From: Candidatus Gottesmanbacteria bacterium
GTDB lineage: Bacteria > Patescibacteriota > Microgenomatia > UBA10105 > UBA927
NCBI GenBank assembly: GCA_030679255.1
Contig: JAUXTO010000017.1
Location: 1,925 to 65,924, forward strand
Reading direction: 5' to 3'
DNA: 64,000 nt
Shown here: in pieces, positions 45,785 through 55,658 of the stretch
Position numbering within the stretch: position 1 is the first letter of the stretch
Layout: every line of letters starts with the position of its first letter
Program-made: the position numbers and the translations under genes
Notes under the pieces: generated by a model
The model's database searches: none
Told to the model about the DNA's origin: nothing
Seen by the model: the letters and a program-made list of their open reading frames with translations, nothing else

Positions 45785-46990
45785 ATGAAAAAAATCGTTT
45801 TAGCATTTTCGGGTGGACTCGATACATCATTTTGCGTGCCATATCTTAAAGAAAAAGGGTACGAGGTTTATGCTGCTACGGTCGATACCGGTGGATTTAC
45901 ACAAAAAGATATTCTAAAAATTAAAGATAGGGCAAAAGAGTTGGATGTCAAAAAACACTACGTTATCGACGGAAAAATATCTCTGTATGACAAGATAGTC
46001 TCCTACGTCATCAAAGGAAATATTCTCAGAGGCGGCGTCTACCCGCTCTGTGCCGGTCCGGAAAGAATTATCCAGGCGATAGAAGTTATAAAAATTGCAA
46101 AAAAAATTGGCGCACAAGCAGTCGCCCACGGGTCAACAGGAGCCGGAAACGATCAGGTGAGATTTGATGTGGCCATCCAAACGCTCGCGCCGGAACTGGA
46201 AATCATTACACCGATCAGAGAGCTGGGAATTACTAGAGGAGGAGAAGTCGCGTTTTTAGAAAAACACGGGATAGCCGTTGAAAAATCCTCGAAAGATTAC
46301 TCAATCAACAAGGGAATGCTTGGTACGACAATCGGCGGCAAGGAGACAAAAAACTCCTGGGAATTACCGCCGGACGAAGTGTACCCGACAGTCGTAAGCA
46401 TTGATACTGCTCCCAAAAACGGTGAGGAAATTATTATTTCTTTTGAAAAAGGATTACCGATGGCTCTAAATGGCAAACCGATGAGTGGAATAGAAATAAT
46501 GAATTATTTAGACAACCTCGGCGCCAAACATGGTGTAGGAAAAGGAATGCATTTGGGAAATACGATTTTAGGAATCAAAGGAAGGGTTGTCTTTGAAGCT
46601 CCAGCAGCCCTGATCCTCATCAAGGCCCATAAGGAACTGGAAAAACTCGTGCTCACAAAGTGGCAGTCATATTGGAAAGATAGTGTATCGGAAGCATACG
46701 GAAATTTTATCCATGAAGGATTGTATTTCGATCCGGTCGTGAATGATATTGAGGCAATGATTGATAGTAGCCAAACGGTAGTCACTGGTGACGTAAAAAT
46801 GAAACTTCATAAAGGAAACATCGTCGTCGTTGGCGTCAAGAGCCCGTATTCGCTTATGGATAAAAGCATCGCGACGTACGGCGAACAAAATCTTCTTTGG
46901 ACCGCGGCTGATGCGGCAGGTTTCAGCAAAATTTATGGGTTGCAAGGAGTTCTGGCGGGAAAGGCAAAAACGTTAGGAGGATCGATATGA
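45785..46990 (+). CDS. argG: argininosuccinate synthase
   Basis: AFSGGLDTS, GSTGAGNDQVRFD. Confidence 0.9.
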   Translation: MKKIVLAFSGGLDTSFCVPYLKEKGYEVYAATVDTGGFTQKDILKIKDRAKELDVKKHYVIDGKISLYDKIVSYVIKGNILRGGVYPLCAGPERIIQAIEVIKIAKKIGAQAVAHGSTGAGNDQVRFDVAIQTLAPELEIITPIRELGITRGGEVAFLEKHGIAVEKSSKDYSINKGMLGTTIGGKETKNSWELPPDEVYPTVVSIDTAPKNGEEIIISFEKGLPMALNGKPMSGIEIMNYLDNLGAKHGVGKGMHLGNTILGIKGRVVFEAPAALILIKAHKELEKLVLTKWQSYWKDSVSEAYGNFIHEGLYFDPVVNDIEAMIDSSQTVVTGDVKMKLHKGNIVVVGVKSPYSLMDKSIATYGEQNLLWTAADAAGFSKIYGLQGVLAGKAKTLGGSI

Positions 46991-47229
46991 AAGAATTATA
47001 TTTCTTTCTCCAAACAGGAACTATTCTCAAAACTCTATCACCAGCAGGAATGTTTATATCAATCGAAGAAGATGAAGTTGATGCTACGCGTGATTATGAA
47101 GTTGATGGCCTTTGGTGGTATGGAACCAAACAAAATCGTGAACGGACAATTTTATTTAGGCATCAAGTACCATTTGTAACAATCGTTTCAGAAAAAGAAG
47201 CATGGGAAAAAGCATTTAAAGTCGGATAA
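46987..47229 (+). CDS. hypothetical small protein
   Basis: 80 aa, ATGA overlap with argG stop; no motif. Confidence 0.3.
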   Translation: MKELYFFLQTGTILKTLSPAGMFISIEEDEVDATRDYEVDGLWWYGTKQNRERTILFRHQVPFVTIVSEKEAWEKAFKVG

Positions 47230-47233
47230 ATAT

Positions 47234-48259
47234 ATGAAACTTAAAAAAATACCATCAATAGTCAAAAATGTTCCGTTGTCCGACGAGGTACAGGTCGGAA
47301 GGTCTATCGTGCCAGAAGAAGGACTCATTATTCTTGTGGAAGCGCTTGACGATGAAGGGAAAAATAATGTGCTGGAATTTACCACTGGCAGATTGGGAAA
47401 ACTGATAAAGGGCGACGTGGTGCCGGCCGTACTCGGAAAAAGAAGGGCCCTCAAAGAATTTGCCGGTGACATACCGCAGGCACTCAAGCCCGGCGATGAG
47501 TTGTATTGGCTTTGTGAAAGCGGACTCGTGGGAGAAATAGTCGGCGTCAACGAGCGCTGGGGAACGCCCATGAAAGTAAAAGTATTGGGAGCCTTGCTTC
47601 ATCACGGAAAAACGCTCAATATTAAACATTCCGCTATTCCCTGGCAAAATGATGTTGTCAAAAGCGCTCCGATTGTGGCGGTTCTCGCCACCTGTATGGA
47701 TTCGGGCAAGACGACGCTCGTTTGTAAACTGGCAGAACACTTTAGAAATAATGGGTTAACCGTTATGGGTGCCAAGCTCACGGGAGTCGCGTTTATGCAG
47801 GATCCTTTTAAGATGAAAGATAACGGACTGGATACCGTTATGGATTTCGTCGATGCCGGGCTGCCTTCGACTTGCGGGAATGCTGAGGATGCGATCAAGG
47901 CCGCCTGTGGAATCATCACGGAATTGAACAACGGAGAGCCCGACCTCATCCTTGCAGAATTTGGAGACGGCATCATCGGAGAATATAACGTGGCGTCAAT
48001 TATCACCCATCCCTCTATCAAAAAACATGTTGTGATGACCGTGGTCGCCGCCAATGATTTGATGGCCGCCTGGGGAGCAAAAAAGAAAATGACGGAATTA
48101 GGATTCACGATCGACATGCTTACCGGACCGGTCGCCAACAGTCACGTCGGCGTTGAGTATATCGAACATAATTTCGGGATACCGGCCGAAAGCAATCAAC
48201 ACGCCATCCCCAAAACAATCGCCATTTTGGAAAAGAAAATGAAGGAGGCAAGTGTATGA
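47234..48259 (+). CDS. uncharacterised P-loop protein (DUF1611-like?)
   Basis: Walker-A-like VAVLATCMDSGKTTL in the C-terminal half; DUF1611 assignment is from memory only. Confidence 0.3.
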   Translation: MKLKKIPSIVKNVPLSDEVQVGRSIVPEEGLIILVEALDDEGKNNVLEFTTGRLGKLIKGDVVPAVLGKRRALKEFAGDIPQALKPGDELYWLCESGLVGEIVGVNERWGTPMKVKVLGALLHHGKTLNIKHSAIPWQNDVVKSAPIVAVLATCMDSGKTTLVCKLAEHFRNNGLTVMGAKLTGVAFMQDPFKMKDNGLDTVMDFVDAGLPSTCGNAEDAIKAACGIITELNNGEPDLILAEFGDGIIGEYNVASIITHPSIKKHVVMTVVAANDLMAAWGAKKKMTELGFTIDMLTGPVANSHVGVEYIEHNFGIPAESNQHAIPKTIAILEKKMKEASV

Positions 48260-49296
48260 ACAAGCATATAAAACATTTCTATTCGGCACTTGATTATTCG
48301 TCGTCCGAAATACAATATCTCGTCAATCTTGCGCTCAAAATGAAATCCGGATCGGTAAAGAAATCGCTCGCCGGAAAAACACTTGGCATGCTTTTCTTTA
48401 ACCCATCGCTCAGAACCAGGGTTTCTTTTGCCGTCGCGATGCTAAAACTTGGCGGATGTGCCATAGATTTGCCAATCAAGGAAAGTTATACGTTTGAATA
48501 CGGCAATGGAATAGTTATGGACAAGAGCACCATTGAACACGTCAAGGACGCGGCTGGGGTGCTCTCCCGCTATTGTGATGCATTGGCAATCAGATCAAGC
48601 GACCTTATCACGACATCATCGGACAGTGTTGAGGTATCCAGTTGGGAAATGTTGAAAAAAGATACCGTTATCAAAAAATTCATGGAGTATGCCACCGTAC
48701 CGGTCATCAATATGGAATCCAACGTCTACCACCCATGCCAGGGTCTGGGAGACGCTTTGACGATCAAAGAAAAATTGGGAAATCCTAAGGGGAAAAAATA
48801 TGTACTCACGTGGGCCTATCATCCCAAAGCGCTCCCCATGGCAACCCCCAATTCTCAAATACTCGCCGCCTGCGACCTGGGCATGGACGTTGTCATCGCC
48901 AATCCTCCGGGCTGGGAGCTGGAACCATCGATAATAAACGCCATGGCGCTCAGAGCCAAACAAAGTGGCGGCTCGCTTGCCTTCAGTGATTCTATGAATG
49001 AAGCAATTAAGGGAAGCGACGTGGTTTGCGCCAAAAGCTGGGGAGCATTAAAATGCTATGGTAATTGGTCAGAAGAAAAAAAATTAAGAGATCAGCTAAA
49101 ACATTGGATCGTGACCAAAGAAAAAATGTCACTCACTCATCACGCCCTCTTTATGCACTGCTTGCCCGTCAGAAGAAACGTGGAGGCAACCGAAGAAGTA
49201 CTCGATAGTAAAAATTCAGTCATCCTGGATGAAGCGGAAAATAGAATGTGGGCCCAAATGGCGATACTCGAAACAGTATTAGGAGAAACAGTATGA
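48256..49296 (+). CDS. carbamoyltransferase, OTC/ATC superfamily, atypical (acyl-ornithine transcarbamylase-like)
   Basis: SLRTR (STRTR-like), HPCQ, HCLP; canonical ornithine SMG motif replaced by KSWG. Confidence 0.75.
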   Translation: MNKHIKHFYSALDYSSSEIQYLVNLALKMKSGSVKKSLAGKTLGMLFFNPSLRTRVSFAVAMLKLGGCAIDLPIKESYTFEYGNGIVMDKSTIEHVKDAAGVLSRYCDALAIRSSDLITTSSDSVEVSSWEMLKKDTVIKKFMEYATVPVINMESNVYHPCQGLGDALTIKEKLGNPKGKKYVLTWAYHPKALPMATPNSQILAACDLGMDVVIANPPGWELEPSIINAMALRAKQSGGSLAFSDSMNEAIKGSDVVCAKSWGALKCYGNWSEEKKLRDQLKHWIVTKEKMSLTHHALFMHCLPVRRNVEATEEVLDSKNSVILDEAENRMWAQMAILETVLGETV

Positions 49297-50789
49297 AAAA
49301 ACCTAACCTTGTGACCGCGGGATTTATCGTTTCAGAAAAACAATTAGCGCTGGACCACCAGATGGTGTCGTATGATATCTGGGGGACACTGGCGCATGTC
49401 CTTATGCTCTATAAAGAAAACATTCTTAAGAAAGAGTTCGTCAAGCCCATCCTTCAAGCGCTCACTGATATACAAAAAGAAGTGGATGCGGATCAGTTCA
49501 CGATCGACCCAAAAAAAGGAGCGCAACTTTCTCTGGAAGCAAAAATTGTGGAAAAAGCGGGAGATGCCGGATATAGCGTGCACACCGGAAGGAGTAGAAA
49601 CGATCAAGTGATGGTGACCGAACAGCTTTATCTTCGCGACACAATGATCGGGCTCATTGAAAACACGCAGCCAGTTCTTGCGGCACTTCTATCACTCGCA
49701 AAAAAACATCAAGGAACGGTTATGCCGGGCTACACACATATGCAACCGGCCAAGGCAACAAGTTTTGGCCAGTGGGCACTTGCGTATCTTCATGGATTTA
49801 CGAGAGCAATAAAAACCATTACGGACCAATACGAAACGTATAATCTCTGTCCATTGGGTGCATGTGAATCCTATGGAACGAGCTGGCCGCTCGACCGCAC
49901 CTATACCGCGGACCTTCTTGGTTTTCCCAAGGTTTGGGAAATACCGCAGGATGTCGTATCGTCCAGAGGATTTGTGCAACTTGGATATCTGACGGGCATG
50001 CGGGACATCTGCCTGGTAGCGAGTAAACTTGCCCAGGATCTCCTGCTGTTTACGACATTTGAATACGGCATGATAAATCTTGGAGACGACGTCGCTCAGC
50101 GTATGCATCCAATTACCGGTTCGTCCGTCATGGCACAAAAGAAAAACCCTGACGCGTTGGAACTCGTGCGCGCAACAGCACCCCAACTCATAGGATTCAC
50201 GTCGATAGTTGGTAATATTCTGTCCGGGTTACCCATGGGATATAACCGGGATAGCCGCGAGGTGAAAGAATATATTGACCTGGGATTATCAAAAACATTA
50301 TCTATGGTGGGGACGCTTGCATCCGTACTCGCGAGCCTGACGGTCAACAAAAAAAGAATGATGGAATTGGTCACCGCAAACTATTCGATGACGACGGACG
50401 TAGCCGATGCTATCTCGCAGTCATCCGGCGTGGGATACAGGCTTGTCTATAAAGTAGTAGGCCAGGTCGTGGACGAATCCATGAAACGCGGAAAACTTCT
50501 GTCTCTTATATCTGCTCAGGATATTATGAAAAAAGCGTCTACGCTAGGCATTACGCTTCGTGTGACGAACACACAACTCAAAGACGCCATGGACCCACAG
50601 AGGGCGCTTGAAAAGCGGACACACATCGGAGGAAGTACCAAAAAAACCATGGCGATATCTCTTGCACACGGACAAACGTTTATCCACGACGCACGCAAAT
50701 GGGTATCGACCAAAAAACAGATGGTGAGCAATGCAAAATCAAAAACATGGGCTATTGCAAAAAAAATTATTGAGGAAGGAACTCTATGA
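49293..50789 (+). CDS. argH: argininosuccinate lyase
   Basis: GSSVMAQKKNPD signature (GSSxMPQKKNPD); start chosen at MKKPNL overlapping the upstream stop (ATGA). Confidence 0.9.
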   Translation: MKKPNLVTAGFIVSEKQLALDHQMVSYDIWGTLAHVLMLYKENILKKEFVKPILQALTDIQKEVDADQFTIDPKKGAQLSLEAKIVEKAGDAGYSVHTGRSRNDQVMVTEQLYLRDTMIGLIENTQPVLAALLSLAKKHQGTVMPGYTHMQPAKATSFGQWALAYLHGFTRAIKTITDQYETYNLCPLGACESYGTSWPLDRTYTADLLGFPKVWEIPQDVVSSRGFVQLGYLTGMRDICLVASKLAQDLLLFTTFEYGMINLGDDVAQRMHPITGSSVMAQKKNPDALELVRATAPQLIGFTSIVGNILSGLPMGYNRDSREVKEYIDLGLSKTLSMVGTLASVLASLTVNKKRMMELVTANYSMTTDVADAISQSSGVGYRLVYKVVGQVVDESMKRGKLLSLISAQDIMKKASTLGITLRVTNTQLKDAMDPQRALEKRTHIGGSTKKTMAISLAHGQTFIHDARKWVSTKKQMVSNAKSKTWAIAKKIIEEGTL

Positions 50790-51889
50790 GCACACAAACA
50801 TTACTTACTCGTCTCGTAAAGATTCCGTCATATTCCGGCCAGGAACGCGCATTGGCCGCTTTTATCATGGACTGGGCCAGTGCCCACGGTATGCAAACTA
50901 TATTGCAACAGGGCAATGTCATAATTCCATTTGCGGCGCATGCAAACAAGGCGTTAATCTTTAACGCGCACATGGACACGGTGAAACCCGGACAGGAAAA
51001 CCTCTGGACCTATCCTCCATCAGGACAAAACGCCGGTGTCGTAAAGAACGGAAAATTATATGGATTAGGCGCAAGCGATGACAAAGCTGCGATCGCGTCA
51101 TTCCTACTGTTGGCGTTACAACTCCAAGCGTCTCCCCCGCCCATAGATGTGTTTATTGTTTTTGTGACAGGCGAAGAAACGGACGGATCGGGAAGTCAAT
51201 CGTTTGTACAGTATTTTCAAAAAAAATATGCTACGAAGTACCAAAAAGTGGCAGCCATTATCGGCGAACCCACAGACCTTCAAACGATAGAAATTGGTCA
51301 CAGGGGTAATATGTTCTTACAAATTACGACACAGGGCGATGCTGGCCATGGATCTCAACCAAAAAATATCAAGACCCATGCCGTTATAGAAAACATAAAA
51401 GCGATTGAAAAAATTGTTTCGTTGGAAAAATCGTTCATCAATAAATTTTCCGATCCAATACTCGGTAGTCCATCATGTTGTTTAACGGGCATACAAAGCG
51501 ACACTTCATCACCAAACTCAGTGTCTTCCACCTGCTCATCACTGTGGGATGTCAGAACGACCCCAAAAATACATTCCGAAGTTATTCCTCTCATGCAGAA
51601 AGCGCTGGGAAAAACCGTTGAAATAACCCTCGTTGGGAAACCCGCGTCCTTTGGGTTTACCAAGCCGGATTCTAAAATCGTAACAAAACTCAAGGAGCTT
51701 ATTCCGAGTGTGAAGGTTGCCATCTCCCCCGGCTCCAATGACATTTGTGCCTTTACTGCCGCAGGAATCAGCGCTGTTACATTTGGACCCGGCCAAAAAG
51801 ATACTATACATAAACCCGATGAGTACGTACAATTACAAAAAATTGACGATGCAGTTGATGTATATAAACAGCTCATCTACTCGTGGTAA
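50786..51889 (+). CDS. M20 family deacylase (ArgE/DapE-like)
   Basis: HMDTV, GEETDG metal-binding motifs. Confidence 0.75.
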   Translation: MSTQTLLTRLVKIPSYSGQERALAAFIMDWASAHGMQTILQQGNVIIPFAAHANKALIFNAHMDTVKPGQENLWTYPPSGQNAGVVKNGKLYGLGASDDKAAIASFLLLALQLQASPPPIDVFIVFVTGEETDGSGSQSFVQYFQKKYATKYQKVAAIIGEPTDLQTIEIGHRGNMFLQITTQGDAGHGSQPKNIKTHAVIENIKAIEKIVSLEKSFINKFSDPILGSPSCCLTGIQSDTSSPNSVSSTCSSLWDVRTTPKIHSEVIPLMQKALGKTVEITLVGKPASFGFTKPDSKIVTKLKELIPSVKVAISPGSNDICAFTAAGISAVTFGPGQKDTIHKPDEYVQLQKIDDAVDVYKQLIYSW

Positions 51890-51893
51890 TGCT

Positions 51894-53066
51894 ATGAACA
51901 ATCTAAACAAGCTTCATCTATCCGGTTACGGTCGTGACTTTCTGCGGACGTGGGACAAATCCGCGGATCATCTTAAAGCCACGCTTGCTGTCGCCCAGAC
52001 CTTGCGCGACTGGCACCGCAAAGGAATATCACCAAAAGTTTTTTCCTCCAGCATGGCCGTCTCCATATTCCGCGATAAATCTACGCGCACAAAATACAGC
52101 TACTCTGCAGCGGCAAATTTACTGGGTCTGGAAATTGAAGACCTCGATGAAAAAAAGTCCCAAATCGCTCATGGGGAAACGATTATGGAAACAGTGAACA
52201 TGCTCTCGTTTCTTACGCGTACGATAGGCATCCGCGACGACATCTTTTTAGGGTTGGGCCACAGCTATATGACAGAAGTGGCCCTAGCTGCCGATTGGGG
52301 ATACGCCAATGGCGTACTCGACCAGCGCCCGAGTGTCATCAATCTCCAATGCGACGAGGACCACCCGACGCAATCATTGTCCGATCTTCTCCACCTCTCC
52401 AATTATTTTGGCGGGTTAGATAAGCTCCGTGGGAAAAACCTCACCATGAGTTGGGCCTACTCCCCTTCCTACGGAAAACCCCTGTCCGTGCCGCAGGGAA
52501 TTATTGCCCTCCTCCCCCGCTTTGGCATTAACGTAACCCTTTCCTATCCCAAGGGCTACAACCTCATTCCGGAGATTGAAAGCCTTGCTACGCGGGAAGC
52601 CAAAAAGGACGGCAGCACATTTCGGATCACCCATGACATGAGAGAGGCATTTATAGATGCAGACATCGTCTATCCCAAGTCATGGGCATCGTATGCCGTG
52701 ATGAGTCGCCGCACCGAGCTCTTGAAAAAAAACTATGTGAAGGGGCTTGAACATCTCGAGGGCGAAGCGCTCGCCCAAAATGCGAAACACAAAGACTGGA
52801 CGTGTACCGAAAAACTCATGAAACAAACGCGTAACGGTAATGCGCTCTATATGCACTGTCTCCCTGCCGATATCAGTGGCGTGAGCTGCAAAGAAGGAGA
52901 GGTTGATGCAAAAGTATTTGAAAAATATAAAAAACAAACGTATACCCAGGCCGGCTACAAACCGTATATTATTGCTGCCATGATCCTCCTCACCCAATTT
53001 GGAGAAAAGACACCGAAAATTCTCCGTTCAATCGGACAAAGAAACCAATCGGTCTTCAATTTTTGA
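51894..53066 (+). CDS. carbamoyltransferase superfamily protein, YgeW-like (about 390 aa)
   Basis: STRTK, HPTQ, HCLP; SMG replaced by KSWA; longer than OTC/ATC, consistent with YgeW-type. Confidence 0.6.
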   Translation: MNNLNKLHLSGYGRDFLRTWDKSADHLKATLAVAQTLRDWHRKGISPKVFSSSMAVSIFRDKSTRTKYSYSAAANLLGLEIEDLDEKKSQIAHGETIMETVNMLSFLTRTIGIRDDIFLGLGHSYMTEVALAADWGYANGVLDQRPSVINLQCDEDHPTQSLSDLLHLSNYFGGLDKLRGKNLTMSWAYSPSYGKPLSVPQGIIALLPRFGINVTLSYPKGYNLIPEIESLATREAKKDGSTFRITHDMREAFIDADIVYPKSWASYAVMSRRTELLKKNYVKGLEHLEGEALAQNAKHKDWTCTEKLMKQTRNGNALYMHCLPADISGVSCKEGEVDAKVFEKYKKQTYTQAGYKPYIIAAMILLTQFGEKTPKILRSIGQRNQSVFNF

Positions 53067-53097
53067 CTTTTAACTTTTGACTTTAGACTTTTGACTT
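53061..53097. repeat. degenerate TTTTGAC heptamer array between convergent genes
   Basis: ttttgacttttaacttttgactttagacttttgac. Confidence 0.8.
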
Positions 53098-53566
53098 ATG
53101 TATACCTATCCGCCACCTTGCTCGCCGCATAACTTTCCGGCTTAATCTTCACCGCGTACCCTGACCCCCGAATCATACCGACGATCTCCGTGATCATCTC
53201 ACGGGTCTTGCCAAATTGTCCGATATCCACATGAATTTCCACGTCATATTTGGTCACCCCATCTTTATGAAGGAGGGCCACGACCGTCTCTGCCATCTCG
53301 AGAGACATCGTCGCTTCTTCATACATCCGTTGCCGCAGGACGTACTTTTTTTTGATGACGATCCGTTTCCAAAAATAAATACCACCACGTCCCACGCGAT
53401 GCACGACAATCGTCGTGACAAAATCCACACCCGCCGCATTGTGTGGCTGAGAATCGGTCCCAACCACCAACTGATACTTACTTTCGGGGTCCGCAGCAAG
53501 AAACGCGAGGATATGTTCGCGAATTTGAGGTAATTCTAAATTTCCGTAGGTAGGACTTTGGAACAT
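53096..53566 (-). CDS. RNase-H-like YkuK family protein (DUF458)
   Basis: YQLVVGTDSQ...TTIVVHRVGRGGIYFWKR matches B. subtilis YkuK pattern (VVGTDS...IVIHRIGKGGTYF). Confidence 0.6.
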   Translation of the reverse strand: MFQSPTYGNLELPQIREHILAFLAADPESKYQLVVGTDSQPHNAAGVDFVTTIVVHRVGRGGIYFWKRIVIKKKYVLRQRMYEEATMSLEMAETVVALLHKDGVTKYDVEIHVDIGQFGKTREMITEIVGMIRGSGYAVKIKPESYAASKVADRYT

Positions 53567-53655
53567 GATGAGCCGTATCGTACCAAAAAAAGCCACCCCC
53601 ACGCAAACAACCCCGCCTCATCGGCGGGGTTGTTTTTTACGAATTTCTTTTTATC

Positions 53656-53922
53656 TTATCTTCGTGGTCGCTCTTCCCGTGGTCGTGCTTCATTGACAAC
53701 GAGTGCACGTCCTTCGACATCCTTGCCATTGAGCATTTCAATAGCTTTTTTTGTCTCTTCATCGGTTGCCATTTCGACAAATCCGAAGCCTCGTGATTTA
53801 CCGGAATACTTATCCGAGATCACTTTGGCAGACGTGACAGTTCCTGCTTGAGCAAACAACTGCCCCAAGCCGTCGCTGTCCATGGTGTAGGGAAGATTCC
53901 CAACAAATAAATTGGTAGCCAT
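53656..53922 (-). CDS. RRM-domain RNA-binding protein
   Basis: LFVGNL (RNP-2) and KGFGFVEM (RNP-1). Confidence 0.85.
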   Translation of the reverse strand: MATNLFVGNLPYTMDSDGLGQLFAQAGTVTSAKVISDKYSGKSRGFGFVEMATDEETKKAIEMLNGKDVEGRALVVNEARPREERPRR

Positions 53923-54068
53923 ATTTGGATTTCCTTTCTCCTTAGGTCTTGAAGTGGACACGTAAACGCCTAAGGAGCGTTATCGAGAAGTTTCCCGTTA
54001 ATTCTCCCACAGGGATTGGTCACTTGCCTTTGTTCCCAGGACCGCCTGAGTATAGCAGATTACTCAGG

Positions 54069-54170
54069 AATCTACAAATTTCAAATGGCAAATCTACAAG
54101 ATTGAACCATTAAATTATTTGATATTTCGACATTCATTTGTTTATTTGCAGATTTGTAGATTGGTAGATT
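54069..54170. promoter_or_regulatory. operator-like repeats AATCTACAA (x2 direct) and TTGTAGATT/TGGTAGATT (inverted) upstream of the RRM gene
   Basis: read directly; AT-rich intergenic. Confidence 0.4.
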
Positions 54171-54172
54171 TA

Positions 54173-54823
54173 TCATTCTATAACCACTTCCTCATCTACC
54201 GCCACATCTTCTGACGTAGACGCTGGTTCCGCAGAGGATTCTGATACCGACGTTTTTGGCGCGGCGAATACAAATGTATTGACCATGGTGCCCTGCGTAC
54301 TCGTCCAAAATTCCGCATCTTCAAGCTTCGCTTCGACCGTCCAGACGATCGAATCAAAAACCGTCCCCGTCACCAACATGCGGGTCACTCCTTCAAGTAT
54401 CGCTTTCTTCCCTGGTTTCCCTCCCAACACCGTATCGAGTATGGCCGCCCCGATAAAACGCTTTTCATTTTTTATCCAACTTGCTGCATCGGAGACGCCC
54501 TTTGCAGCATCTTTACCCCATACGACGACATTCCCGGGGTGAGCCGGGTGAGTAAACTCGAGATGTGCATAGTTTTCGCGGTCTTCGTCATGTTTATTAA
54601 CCACCAATCCTTCAGGATACTGAAATGAAAAACCATTGGGATCATTCCAAGTCAGAAGCTTGACGGGAGCTGATGTTGGAGATACTAGCGATACTGGAGA
54701 TACTGCCTGCTGCGTCGAAATCGGAGCATTCACCACGCGGCTTTTTACCCAAACAAGATATCCGGCGCTCAATATTCCTCCGATAAGCAAACCAACGAAT
54801 ATCGGAAGTCCAAATTTCTTCAT
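54173..54823 (-). CDS. hypothetical membrane-anchored protein
   Basis: N-terminal TM; no motif. Confidence 0.35.
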   Translation of the reverse strand: MKKFGLPIFVGLLIGGILSAGYLVWVKSRVVNAPISTQQAVSPVSLVSPTSAPVKLLTWNDPNGFSFQYPEGLVVNKHDEDRENYAHLEFTHPAHPGNVVVWGKDAAKGVSDAASWIKNEKRFIGAAILDTVLGGKPGKKAILEGVTRMLVTGTVFDSIVWTVEAKLEDAEFWTSTQGTMVNTFVFAAPKTSVSESSAEPASTSEDVAVDEEVVIE

Positions 54824-54861
54824 TACCTCCTATTATCGGTGTGCTATACTCATAATGCAAT

Positions 54862-55299
54862 ATGAAAACAATCCGTCTCATGTTTATGGTGATCATCGTC
54901 CTCACGTTTTTTCTTCTCTCCGTGCCGGTTCATGCCGCTAAATCCCGGGTGATCAAAAGTGTTCCTGTCGCCCGGGCAAAAGTTGTCGCCGGTGTTTCCT
55001 ATTCCAGTGCCAAGCTATCATCTTCTTCGAGGAGTGTGATCATAACATTCGCCAATCTCGATAAAATCGCCAAGATTTCCTATATGTTAAGTTACTCCGG
55101 GTCCGGCCAGACACAGGGAGTAGGAGGAGCGATCACTCCAAGTGGGACAACCGATAGCCGGGATCTCTACTTTGGTACCTGCAGCAAAGGAGTCTGCACG
55201 CCGCATTCCTCCATAAAAAATGCCGCGCTCACCGTCACCGCAACACTTAAATCCGGCGGCACGAGAACAAAACGCTACACCCTCCGCCCAAAATGGTAA
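54862..55299 (+). CDS. hypothetical secreted protein
   Basis: signal peptide, Ser/Gly-rich. Confidence 0.35.
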   Translation: MKTIRLMFMVIIVLTFFLLSVPVHAAKSRVIKSVPVARAKVVAGVSYSSAKLSSSSRSVIITFANLDKIAKISYMLSYSGSGQTQGVGGAITPSGTTDSRDLYFGTCSKGVCTPHSSIKNAALTVTATLKSGGTRTKRYTLRPKW

Positions 55300-55356
55300 A
55301 TTTGATGCCGGGGCTTGACTTTATTCTGCGTTTGAGGCCACACTACTAGTAGGTAT

Positions 55357-55656
55357 ATGAAACTTGCTATTGCCATTCTTTCGTTTGCCGTCATCGGAGT
55401 ATTGGGGTATTTTGGTTATAATTATTACCTCTCAGTCCGCCAACCTTCGAGCGAAACATCAGCGAGTACCCCGATCCCCGCGTTTCAAAATCCCTTTGAC
55501 GAATCAAAACCCGCGACATCATTTGGTAAAACGACAACTCCTTCCCCCACCCCCATTAATCCGTTTGCCGAACCAACGACCAGCTATCAAAATCCTTTTT
55601 CCTCCAGTCCATCAGGATCAACCAAATATACAAACCCGTTTGATGCACTGAGATAA
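55357..55656 (+). CDS. hypothetical small membrane/secreted protein with repeated NPF motifs
   Basis: N-terminal TM then QNPFDE, INPFAE, QNPFSS, TNPFDA repeats. Confidence 0.4.
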   Translation: MKLAIAILSFAVIGVLGYFGYNYYLSVRQPSSETSASTPIPAFQNPFDESKPATSFGKTTTPSPTPINPFAEPTTSYQNPFSSSPSGSTKYTNPFDALR

Positions 55657-55658
55657 CT

